Below, piece by piece: positions 51,601 through 62,733 of a DNA stretch of 64,000 bases; within the stretch, counting starts at the first letter, position 1; each line of letters opens with the position of its first letter. The DNA is taken from positions 10,038-74,037 of the forward strand of contig NIVC01002130.1 in NCBI GenBank assembly GCA_002269645.1, given 5' to 3'. Source of the DNA: Macrostomum lignano. Its lineage: Eukaryota. The translations under genes and the position numbers were made by a program. Below the pieces are notes generated by a model that did no database searches, had not been told where the DNA came from, and was given only the letters and a program-made list of their open reading frames with translations.

Positions 51601-53076
51601 GGGGTCGACCGGCTCCCCAACCGATTGCCGCCACTGCTATAGAGCCTGTTAACAGCCTGCTGGCTTCTCGACCGCGTCAGCAGCCGCAGCAGCAGCCGCA
51701 GCATCGTGTCGCTGATCGTCGCTGGTGCAGCGGAGCCGGCGCCAACTACGCGGCCGCCGAGGCGATGCGTCATCATCTGGCCGCTGATGTGCCCGCCGTT
51801 GCATCGGCGGCTGCGGTGGCGGCTCCGACATCGTCGAGTTTCGAACGGACCGGACAAGGCCCGACGTTGCCGTTCAACATCGGCTATCCAAGCAGCAGCG
51901 GCCGTACCAGCGTCCGGATTGAGAACTGCCCGGACGGCATCACTGAGCAGGACTTGGCCACGCTGACAGACCCGCTTGGACCCGTCTGCGTGAGTTCCGC
52001 TGGCTCATCGTTATTTTTTTATTTACGCTTCTATTTTTTTAATTGTTTCATTTTTCACTGTTAACCTATCCTTACTACTTGCAGGAGTACCGACTAGTGC
52101 CCAGCACTTATAAGGCGTTTGTTAAATTTTATAACGAACAACAAGCCGCCGAGTTTGTGAAGCGTTATAACAGGCAAGTTTATTATTGCTTCATAGAATG
52201 TGCCGATTTGATTGACTGAGTGCCGATATGTATCGAAAAATGCATATTTTCAGCATAACTACATGATACTTAATTAAATATACGAGTGTCGCTACTTTGT
52301 TTGATTAGGCGCCGATATGTATCGAAAAATGTAAAACATTTCAGTATTGGGATGCTACTACAGTCGGTGTTCAGCTACCCTGTTTATTAGACGCCGATAT
52401 GTATCGAAAATGTAACATTTCAGTATTGGGGATGCTACTAAAATCCGAGTGTTGCTAATCTGTTTGATTAGGCGCCGATATGTATCGAAAATGTAACATT
52501 TCAGTATTGGGGATGCTACTAAAATCCGAGTGTTGCTAATCTGTTTGATTAGGCGCCGATATGCATCGAAAATGTAACATTTCAGTATTAGGGATGCTAC
52601 TAAAATCCGAGTGTTGCTAATCTGTTTGATTAGGCGCCGCTATGTATCGAAAATGTAACATTTCAGTATTAGGGATGCTACTAAAATCCGAGTGTTGCTA
52701 ATCTGTTTGATTAGGCGCCGATATGTATCGAAAATGTAACATTTCAGTATTAGGGATGCTACTAAAATCCGAGTGTTGCTACTCTGTTTGATTAGGCGCC
52801 GATATGTATCGAAAATGTAACATTTCAGTATTAGGGATGCTACTAAAATCCGAGTGTTGCTACTCTGTTTGATTAGGCGCCGATATGTATCGAACAATTT
52901 ATCGTTTACCAATTACAAGTTAACTAGTGTCAAAGCCTATAAGCCAAATTACTATAAGCCGATAAGTATCGAAAAAGCGTTTTCATCACTTTATTATCAA
53001 ACTAATCTTTGTTTTCGTGCTTGCTTCCAGAAAACCCTACAAAGGCCTCCCGCTCTACATGGCTCTAACGCAGTGA
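48690..53076 (+). CDS. Low-complexity (acidic, Ser/Ala, Q/P/H-rich) protein with a C-terminal RRM; first exon uncertain
   Basis: Exons 48690-48881, 50257-51989, 52085-52173 and 53031-53076, with phases 1, 1, 0, 2 consistent. RRM reads SVRIENCPDGITEQDLATLTDPLGPVCEYRLVPSTYKAFVKFYNEQQAAEFVKRYNRKPYKGLPLYMALTQ. AATAAA at 53415. Confidence 0.8.
48888..50115. repeat. About 26 bp G-rich intronic minisatellite (GGCACTGAGGTTCCTGATGGAGGGGT)
   Basis: Direct inspection. Generates the PPSGTSV and HQEPQC ORFs. Confidence 0.97.
52300..52895. repeat. 81 bp intronic tandem repeat carrying CGATATGTATCG
   Basis: gccgatatgtatcgaaaa recurs at 52393, 52474 and onward. Confidence 0.93.
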
Positions 53077-53724
53077 TTCCATTGGACTGTCGACTGATTT
53101 TAAAATCTCATTGACTACTTCTAGTTTATCTTCTCAAAACATTTTCTGTTTAATTTTCATCAAAAGTACATCTTCCAGCGTTTTAATTAGTGCATTAAAT
53201 CATGCTTTTATCTTTTTCCTTAATAGTAACATTAGTATATAATTCTGCTTGTACAATTTAGCCATAAATTTGGACCAGTCTGACTTTATAAATTAGCAAT
53301 TTATTTTACAGTAGCAATAAGAGTCATTAAGACTTCATGTGCTTTTATTTCAAAACTCTACGTAGCCCTCCCTAACTTATGCGCTTGTATAAAAATATTA
53401 CCTTTTTCCGATTTAATAAAATGCTTTGCTACTATCTTAAAGGCTTATAATTATGTATAGTTGATTACTTTATTCATGAAAGATTGACTTGTAGAAAGAC
53501 CGCCTTTACAGCTGCGCGCTGCTGCCTTAACAACTGTATGAAAGCTGCTACTGAGGTTGCAAATAAATCTCTCTCTCTGACTTCTTATCCCTTACCTGGT
53601 TACTAAGTTGGTGTCTTGTTTCTGCTGACGTTTGCCAGTTTGTTCTGTTAGTTAATTTATTGAATTTTTATTAGTTTTTATTAGCACTATGTAGGCTTGA
53701 ATTTTCCAGGTTTTAAGATACGTC

Positions 53725-54365
53725 GTACATATCGGTAGCTAGTCTAGATGAGGATATGCTTTTTCTATGTTCTTTTAGTGTCTAGATACTTTCAATACAT
53801 ATCGGTAGCTAGTCTAGATGAGGATATGCTTTTTCTATGTTCTTTTAGTGTCTAGATACTTTCAATACATATCGGTAGCTAGTCTAGATGGGGATCTGCT
53901 TTTTCTGTGTTCTTTTAATGCCTTGATACTTTCGATACATATCGGTAGCTAGTCTAGATGGGAGATCTGCTTTTTCTATGTTCTTTTAGTGTCTAGATAC
54001 TTTCAATACATATCGGTAGCTAGTCTAGATGGGGATCTGCTTTTTCTGTGTTCTTTTAATGCCTTGATACTTTCGATACATATCGGTAGCTAGTCTAGAT
54101 GGGGATCTGCTTTTTCTGTGTTCTTTTAATGCCTTGATACTTTCGATACATATCGGTAGCTAGTCTAGAGGGGGATCTGCTTTTTCTGTGTTCTTTTAAT
54201 GCCTTGATACTTTCGATACATATCGGTAGCTAGTCTAGATGGGGATCTGCTTTTTTGTGTTCTTTAACTGCCTAGATACTTTCGATACATATCGGTAGCT
54301 AGTCTAGATGGGGATCTGCTTTTTCTGTGTTCTTATACTGCCTTGATATTTTCGAAACATATCGG
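53725..54365. repeat. About 70 bp tandem repeat carrying the same motif in reverse orientation
   Basis: Repeated tttcgatacatatcggtagctagtctagatggggatctgc. Confidence 0.93.
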
Positions 54366-54529
54366 TATAATTAAAGAAAGGAACAGTTACCAGGCTATTA
54401 TATTTAGTTTATAATACTTTCGATGCATATCAGGAGATAATATAGGAAGTGATAGTTGCTGCTACAGGTCGTTAATCACTGTTAGACCCGTATTTCGAGA
54501 CATCGTTATTTAGTCTTGATCACAGCAAG

Positions 54530-57500
54530 ATGCGCCGAAACTACCGCAGGCTACCGAAGTATCGGCGACCCGCTTCTACGCCTCCGAAGCGAAAGGCAGC
54601 GACGAGTGCGGCGATGGGACAGAGTCCCGGCCCTTCAAGACGGTGCTGCATGCGCTGCGCCGTGGCGGCTCGAGCGCCGTCGTCATGGTTGAAGGCCCCG
54701 ACGGTGGTTCGCAATGGCAGGAGGCGGCCAAGTCGCAGGTAAAGAAATGCCGCAAACTGCTAGAACGAGAGCAGCGGCAGTCTGAGCAGCGGGAAAAGCG
54801 CGAGGCCGCCGACAAGGCCCTTCGAGATGAGAATCTGCGCGCCGCCGAAAAAATCTGCATTAGCGAGGATCCTTCCCTGCCCAGGGCTCAGGCTGTCAAG
54901 GTAATCCCATTTGTACCTTCATTTTTCCCAATTGCCTCCCCATTCTGTGATCCCCTTCCAGCTTTCTCCCCATTCTGCGATCCCTTCCAGCTGTCTCCCC
55001 ATTCTGTGATCCCCTTCCAGCTTTCTCCCCATTCTGTGATCCCCTTCCAGCCTTCTCCTCATTCTGTGATCCCCTTCCAGCTTTCTCCCCATTCTGTGAT
55101 CCCCTTCCAGATTTCTCCCCATTCTGTGATCCCCTTTTAGATGTCTCCCGAATGTGAAATCCCATTCCAGCTGTCTCCCCATTCTGCGATCCCCTTCCAG
55201 CTTTGTCCCCATTCCGTGATAATCTTTTTGACTTCTCCTCATTCGTAGCCCTTCAAACCCCACTATATTCCTCATTTAATTTATTAATGTAGTGAGTGCA
55301 CCGGTCCGCTCAATCCAGGTGCGCCAGGCGCCCGAGCTAGTTGGCCAACGAGTGCAGGTATCAGGCTGGGTGCACCGGCTGCGCCGCCAGGGCAAGGCAC
55401 TGATGTTCGTGGTGCTCCGAGACGGCACCGGCTTCCTGCAGTGCCTGCTGGCCGACCGTCTGTGTCAAACCTACGACGCCATCCTGCTGAGCCAGGAGGC
55501 CTCCATCCGAGTCTACGGCACTCTGGCTCGCGTGCCCGAAGGTCACAGCGCGCCCGGCGGCGTTGAACTAACCGCCGACTACTGGGAGCAGATCGGCCCG
55601 GCTCCCCCCGGCGGCGTCGAGTCCGTGCTCAACGTCGAGAGCGACGTCGACGTGCTGCTAGACAATCGGCATCTGGTTCTGCGGGGCGAACATACTTCGA
55701 AAATTGTCAAATTGTCCTGTCACGTGATGCGCGCGTTCCGGTCTCACCTGTTCGATCGGGGCTACGTTGAAGTGACCCCGCCAACCATGGTGCAGACTCA
55801 GGTAGAGGGCGGCTCGACCCTGTTCAGCTTTGACTATTACGGAGAGCCGGCCTATCTGACCCAGTCTAGCCAGCTCTATTTGGAGACTTGCCTGCCGGTT
55901 GTGGGCGACTGCTTCTGCGTAGCTCGCAGCTACCGGGCCGAGAAGAGCAGGACCAGGCGCCACCTGTCCGAGTGAGTTATTGCTTAAGTGGGGTTGGTTG
56001 TCGTCCAGGATTAGAATATGGATGGGGGTGCTGCATGACCAGATTCTGAGTAGGTTGGGTGTATGACCAGTTTCTGAGTAGATTGTGTGTATGACCAGTT
56101 TCTGAGTAGGTTGGGTGTATGACCAGTTTCTGAGTAGGTTGGGTGTGTGACCAGTTTCTGAGTAGATTGTGTGTATGACCAGTTTCTGAGTAGGTTGGGT
56201 GTATGACCAGTTTCTGAGTAGATTGTGTGTATGACCAGTTTCTGAGTAGGTTGGGTGTATGACCAGTTTCTGAGTAGGTTGGGTGTATGACCAGTTTCTG
56301 AGTAGATTGTGTGTATGACCAGTTTCTGAGTAGGTTGGGTGTATGACCAGATTCTGAGTAGGTTGGGTGTATGACCAGTTTCTGAGTAGGTTGGGTGTGT
56401 GACCAGTTTCTGAGTAGGTTAGGTGTATGACCAGATTCTAAGTAGGTTGGGTGTATGACCAGATTCTGAGTAGGTTTGGTGTATGACCAGATTTTGAGTA
56501 GGTTGGGTATAATGACCAGATTCTGAGTACCTAGTATTTAAAGTGTAACCAGCGAGCATTCACACGAGACTTCATCGCCTTCAGGTACACCCACCTGGAG
56601 GCCGAGTGCCCGTTCATCACCTACAATGATCTGCTTGACCGCGTGGAAGATCTCATTGTGGACGTGTCCGAACGGGTGCTAAAAGAGGCTGGCGATCTGC
56701 TGCGCGAGGTGAACCCGAAATTCAACGCCCCGAAGAAGCCGTTCAGGCGGATGAACTACACGGACGCGCTGGTCTGGCTCAAGGAGAACAATGTGCTTCG
56801 GCCTGATGGAAAAAACTACGAGTTTGGCGATGTGAGATTCTTTCAGTGTTGCATAGCCGTATTAACTACTTTAAGTAAAAAGAATTTCTCGTAGTTTTTT
56901 TCAACTTTCGCAACACAAGATAAATATCACACGACCCCTGGTTCGATTCCTTGCAGGGCCACATTGATTTGGGGCCACATTGATTTGGAGCTTTGAGCAC
57001 GAAAATTAGTTGAGGGTTTCAGGGGTTCTACTTTTGGGTGTACATGCCTGATGAGTAGAAAGTCAGGGCCGCTGTACACCTAAATATAGTAGACTATGCA
57101 TATGTACTCAAGTACTGTTTTATCTACTCGTACTATATGTACCCGATATGTATCGAAAACAATATAACAAAGCATAGATTTCAATTACTGGTAAAAATGT
57201 TTTAAAGCGCATTCCCCATTTGACGCCAGGACATCCCGGAGGCTCCGGAGCGGCAAATGACGGACACTATCAATGAGCCGATTCTGCTGTGCCGATTCCC
57301 GGCCGAGATCAAAGCATTCTACATGCCCCGTTGCCAGGAGGACAACCGGGTGACCGAATCTGTCGACGTTCTAATTCCCGGGGTTGGCGAAATTGTTGGC
57401 GGCTCCATGAGGATTTGGAAGCACGACGAGCTAATGAAAGGCTACGCACGCGAGGGTATCGACCCGTCGCCCTACTACTGGTACACGCAACAGGTGAGTA

Positions 57501-58027
57501 ATATTTTACGAATATGTATCGATTTTTTACGATCATGATCTTGTTACAAGGTCGCGAGTCGATCCCGATATAAATTTTTTTCTCTTTCTTTGCATTCAAT
57601 TTTCAACCGTCAAGGATTTTAGCAGTTCCTCTAAGAAGGTCATTGCATTGCTTTTTAATATTTTTTACTCAAAATTGAAACCAGTCCTAATTGCTTCTCC
57701 TCTGTGAGATATCAAAAGAGTCGAGTCATTTTTTGAGTCTCCAACTTTCATCATCAGCTTTTTGACCAGCGTATTAGGAACTTTTGGTACGCAAAAAAAT
57801 CTTTTGGACTAGAAAATCGAAATACCTGTTTTGCCGATATGTATCGAAAAATGCAAAACACACATGTAACTTGTCGCACCGTGTAATTAATTATAGCGCG
57901 AATACGGCAGCTGCCCGCACGGCGGCTACGGACTTGGCGTTGAGCGCTTCATGACGTGGATGTTCGGCCAGGAGCACATCCGGGATGTCTGCCTGTACCG
58001 CGCATGACCGGCAGGTGCAAGCCTTGA
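54530..58027 (+). CDS. NARS1: Cytoplasmic asparaginyl-tRNA synthetase, 5 exons, about 555 aa after correcting two apparent 1 bp deletions
   Basis: Exons 54530-54900, 55319-55971, 56585-56831, 57230-57493 and 57897-58027. Motifs: [78 protein letters not shown]. Confidence 0.96.
54930..55230. repeat. 30 bp intronic minisatellite
   Basis: Repeated cccattctgtgatccccttccagctttctc. Confidence 0.93.
56035..56530. repeat. About 28 bp intronic minisatellite
   Basis: Repeated tatgaccagtttctgagtaggttgggtg. Confidence 0.95.
56925..57085 (+). mobile_element. tRNA-derived SINE copy in NARS intron 3
   Basis: cgacccctGGTTCGATTCC...gcacgaaaattag...gtgtacatgcctgatgagtagaaagtcagggccgctgtacacc aligns with the reverse complements of the 21.1 kb and 4.3 kb copies. 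Confidence 0.68.
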
Positions 58028-58371
58028 TTGATTAATTAATTAATGCAAATTATAATTTCTGCGTTTCTGTTTTCAATTTTAAAAAGCAAAGCAACTGACT
58101 AAAGATATGAAAATAACTATGACTGACTTGGCTGTTTTGGATCTGGGATTGTCTTGCTTTAACTGGACCCCTAAAATGCTGCTTCGTTTTTCTTTACGGA
58201 TTACTTGCACTTTTATTAGTACTTGTCGCTTTATTTTCATCTTGCGTGATGTGTTGTTAAATTGCGGATGTCCGCGTCTTGCTTGCGCGACCAACTGCTT
58301 TGGGCCGACAGTAAAGTATTGGATTACTAGATTAAGGCAGAGCAGAGCTCTAATAACCCCTTAGATTAAGG

Positions 58372-58730
58372 ATTAGGATTCTAAATCTCCGGATTAGGGA
58401 TTCTAAATCCCCGGATTAAGGGATTCTAAATCCCCGGATTAAGGGATTCTAAATCCCCGGATTAAGGGATTCTAAATCCCCGGATTAAGGGATTCTAAAT
58501 CCCCGGATTAGGGATTCTAAATCCCCGGATTAGGGATTCTAAATCCCCGGATTAGGGATTCTAAATACCCGGATTAAGGGATCTCTAAATCCCCGGATTA
58601 AGGGATTCTAAATCCCCGGATTAGGGATTCTAAATACCCGGATTAAGGGATCTCTAAATCCCCGGATTAAGGGATTCTAAATCCCCGGATTAAGGGATTC
58701 TAAATCCCCGGATTAGGGATTCTAAATCCC
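58372..58730. repeat. 22-23 bp minisatellite (GGATTCTAAATCCCCGGATTAAG)
   Basis: Direct inspection. Confidence 0.95.
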
Positions 58731-59684
58731 AAATCCAGGGCTTATAATACCCTGTTCAATTCAACGAGTTTATTCCTCAGAATATGAAATTTCATGACGT
58801 CAGACATCTGCAAATGAAAATAAAATATTATTTCCCGTCTATATTCAGTTTATTCACAAGCAAAGCGAGCCTATGATATATATTGTACACCTATGCGTGT
58901 TTAACTATGCATGTTGTGTCGAGGTTGCAAATTGAATTGAATATTTCAATAATCCTTATTATTGATACATTCGATTGTTGTCCGAATCGCAGAAGTTTGA
59001 TGATAAATAAAAATATAAAAAGTAAATAAACATATTGGAAAGTTTGATTGCAATCAAAATTTATTTGAAGAATAGTCTGTGTTCTGTTGAGACAGTTAAA
59101 AAAATATTGTAACGTACTGTTTTGTATTTTTCAGTTTCCCTGCAAAAATACAGGAAAAACTTTAACATTTCTACTTAATTGATATGAGTAGTCTGATGAG
59201 GCTACTCGTAATAATGTTTTGTCAACAAATAATATTGCACAAGTGCTGAGCACAATGGTATACTATAAAATGGCAGTGACGCCGGCCTCTGTCTGGGGTA
59301 GGCTAAGTAAAGCGGCTACTTCGCAAATTCAACAGAACTGAGGGGATCCATGACTGCGACCTTCGCGCCGAGGTTAAATCGTGACTTTCCACTCTCTGTC
59401 GCTCTGAGCTAGCATTATCCGCTTATGCAACCCTATCCTTTTTGGCAGCTGGGTCTTGGCTGTTCGAAGGTCGAATGTTCGTATGTAATAATTAATTTTT
59501 TAAGCTTCGTAGAATTAATTGGTCAAACAAAATTAATCAAAAATTATTACTGTTGTAAACAAGCTGTCATCTTGAATCAAATTGACTTTCAGGCCTGCTG
59601 AATCATGCATAAATGTGTAGCCGATATGTATCGAAACAATACATAAGTTACCGTTTTTCTTCGCTCTATTTATACATGTACACT

Positions 59685-59931
59685 GACTAAGAGTTTCTTA
59701 GTGTCAGATTTTTTAGAATTTGACATTAATTTACAGTCGGCCTTGTTACAGGAACGCCTGACACTCGATAATAACAGTGTAGGTACCAATAGCTCGAACT
59801 GGAAACAAAGAATGGCAGCGCTTGGTGACACTGCTCTGACAAAACTCTAACACTGCTCTGACAGTGCCCCTGCACTGCTGACTGCTTTGGCAGTGCGTCA
59901 TGCCAAATCTGACACTAAGAAACTCTTAGTC
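59685..59931. mobile_element. MITE-like element with perfect 27 bp inverted repeats
   Basis: gactaagagtttcttagtgtcagattt versus aaatctgacactaagaaactcttagtc. No clear target duplication at these ends. Confidence 0.65.
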
Positions 59932-60261
59932 GACATATCATGCAGAGCAGTCACCGGAGTTTCATTTCAGTGTCTGGTTTTCTCAATTTGTACACGTCAA
60001 ACTTGAGCGTCACGGGCACAATTGTCAGTGTAAAAACGCCCTGAAGATACTTCGCCGAGTTTTCTACAACTTCGAATAAAAAAATTGTCTTGGAATTTTG
60101 TGATTAGCCGGCAATTAATTATGTTCGAGTATATTTAGTCAACTACTTCAAGTAGTTCTGATAAAGTATAATTATGTACGACAAATTGTGAGGAAATTAG
60201 TTTTTGAAACAACGTAAAGAAGCTTGCTTCATTAGGATCACGTTCTCTGAGTCACTCGGCC

Positions 60262-61558
60262 TCACTGAGATCTACTCTGAGAGTCGGCAGAATCGTCAGC
60301 AGAGGCGTCGTTCATATCGCCGTCGTCGCCTTCGCCGTCGAGACTTTGCCGTCGGCTTGCCGAAGTGGCGGCGGCCGCAGCGTCCGCCAGCTCGTGCTCC
60401 GTGGCATTTAGCGCAGCCGTGGCAGCTGCGGTCTGATGGAGCGCCTGTCCGGCCGGCCCTGCGCCGGGGCGCGATGCACCGAGCACCCCAGTCTGCCGGT
60501 TGATGCTGGTGATGATCTGTCGGAGCTCCTCCAGCGCGTTGGCCTGCATCAGGATGTAGTTCTTGGCCAGCAGCAGGGTGGCTATCTTGGACAGCTTTCT
60601 CACCTGAGGTTGCAAGGATTGGTCAAGACACTCTTTGGTTGAGCTATAGTTACTTTGCAAGGAGAAGGCAAGCGGTCCTGTCCCTTCCACTGATCCCTGA
60701 GCACACACGCTCTCGCGCTCTCGCCGTACATGTACGTACGGCGGCCCTGAACATTCCCTCGAATCCCCGACCAAAAGTAAGTGTGCCAACAGTGCCCCCA
60801 AGTGAGCCCAACTGACGTTGGTTGTGTCACAGTTGGCAGAGTTGTGTAAAAGTGTGCTCTCAACGAGTATGCATATTGGCACAGTTATTTCAATCGGATA
60901 TTGTGCCAAATGGAACTACATGTATATGGCACATATTTTGGTTTTAGCCTTTATGGTCTTTTCTCTGTGTCATTTGGCGCAGAAATGGCAGTGCAGTGTT
61001 GCTTTTTATCGGGTCCTCGGGCCCGTACACTCAGCGTGACGACACGACAATCCACGTACAAGACAGTTTTTGTTTCTGAGCCGCAATTCAAGTTGAGCTC
61101 AATTAACAAACTACTTTAAAAATAGCAAATTGTTAATCGTCGAGTACCGAAGGCGAATGGGCGTAGGGAATGACGCTCCTCAGCTCGTCCAGGGCGTCGT
61201 TCAAATCGTGCATTCGACGGCGCTCCCTGGCGTTGACATTCAGCCGCAGCCGTTTGGACTCCTTGCCGGGCTGCGGCTGCAACTGCTGGCTCTTCTGGTG
61301 CCGGCCGTGAGACTGCGGCGGCCGCGACGGCTGCGGAACCTTCTCACCGAACCTAGCTGACTGAAGTCCGCTTGAGTACGACGAAGCTTGCAGCTGTTGC
61401 GGAAGCTCATTGCAACAGCTGGGGTCGTCGTCCAACTCTTTGTCGCCGAAGTCGTCGTCCTCGTTGTCAACGTCGATGTCGTTGTCATCGTAGAAGTAGC
61501 CGCTCGCCCGGTCCTCGGCGGCTTCATCTCTAACAGTGACACTGGACGGTTCCGTCAT
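60262..61558 (-). CDS. BHLHE22: bHLH transcription factor, BHLHE22/BHLHE23 (Beta3/Oli) family, 2 exons, 250 aa
   Basis: Exons 61558-61148 and 60603-60262 (phase 0) join to [63 protein letters not shown], the hallmark domain of this family. Confidence 0.93.
60665..60760 (-). mobile_element. Short diverged fragment of the same SINE family in the bHLH intron
   Basis: ttccactgatccctgagcac...gtac...gccctgaa is shared with other copies. Confidence 0.45.
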
Positions 61559-62733
61559 TCCTGGCTCGGATTATTGGCTCGGAGCGCTAATATGCTCGCC
61601 CTTCTTTGCTTATAGCCGGCAAAATGAGGCCCTACTTATCTTGCGGGCGCCATCAACCTCCGAGAGCCAATCTCTCTCCCTCCTAGTGGCAGGCGCTGCG
61701 CGGCGCGGCGCTGCTTCTTGAGTGGAAGTGATAGAAGAGCCAATCTGAAGCTGCGCCCTATCGCCAAATAATATCAGTCGAGTAGGTGACCGGGCTGGTG
61801 GGGGGCGGCCCGTTGGGAAATTCAATCATTCCGCCCGCTCTTTCCGCTGCTTTCCTCCCTGAAAAGAGAAAAAACTGGCGCGTATTTGAGTCATAATTCA
61901 ATTTCTGTCCCGCTCGGCCTCATCCCCCAGTCTCCTAGCGCCGTGATAGAAATAGATGAAGACGAAGGCAGAGAGATGAGGAAAGGAAGCTACTATGAGG
62001 AAGCCTACGCCTCGTTTGCCTGACAAATTGCATTCCCGACTATGGCGAAACTTCTTCTGAATCTGAGAGGCTGGGCTCCGTTTCCACTCTAAGAGCGGCT
62101 CGTTACAGGCGCCCGTGACAGCTCGTTTGGTGGCGCTTCAAACCTTGGCTGGGGCGGCCTTATCTTCAAACGGGAGATTTTGCGCATGCCTGCCTCTTAT
62201 GGAGGCCAACCAGCCAAACCGCTCGGCCGTTTCATCTTGACGGAACGGACCGGCAAGACAGACAACTATCTGCAGAGTCAGGGAGACAGATAAAATTACC
62301 CCAACAGATGAAGGAGCAGCCATCGGTGCGAGTAAATCGAGTTGATAGGAATAATGTATTGCATTACGCTACGGCGGCAAGTCGCTCATTTGCTCTCTCT
62401 ACTCATCACCCGGCTGTGCCTGCCCTCAAGCAACTGCACGCGAGGCAAATTCGTCGAGAAAGCATGGTCGAATAACTACAGAAAGACTCGAGTGTGTAGA
62501 AATTGCGCTGTAGTTATGGTAGACCTATTTTTGTTCTAAACAGTGTACGGACATTGTTACGGATAAAACTCTTGCTAGGATACAACGAAAGATGTTACTA
62601 CAAAAATGAAACAGTAACAGAATCTACATTTAAAAAGACTTGTATGAATTAGAAAGCATGAATAAAAAAGAAAATTTTTGCTATAGAGGTAACCTTGTCA
62701 CAAGCTAAATTGCGGCTTTCAATCTTAAATCTA

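Noticed and set aside
57046-57075. Hammerhead ribozyme core CTGATGAG...GAAA (also CTGATGAG near 59194)
   Set aside because: No stem II between the conserved boxes. The first is a SINE body variant and the second lacks GAAA.
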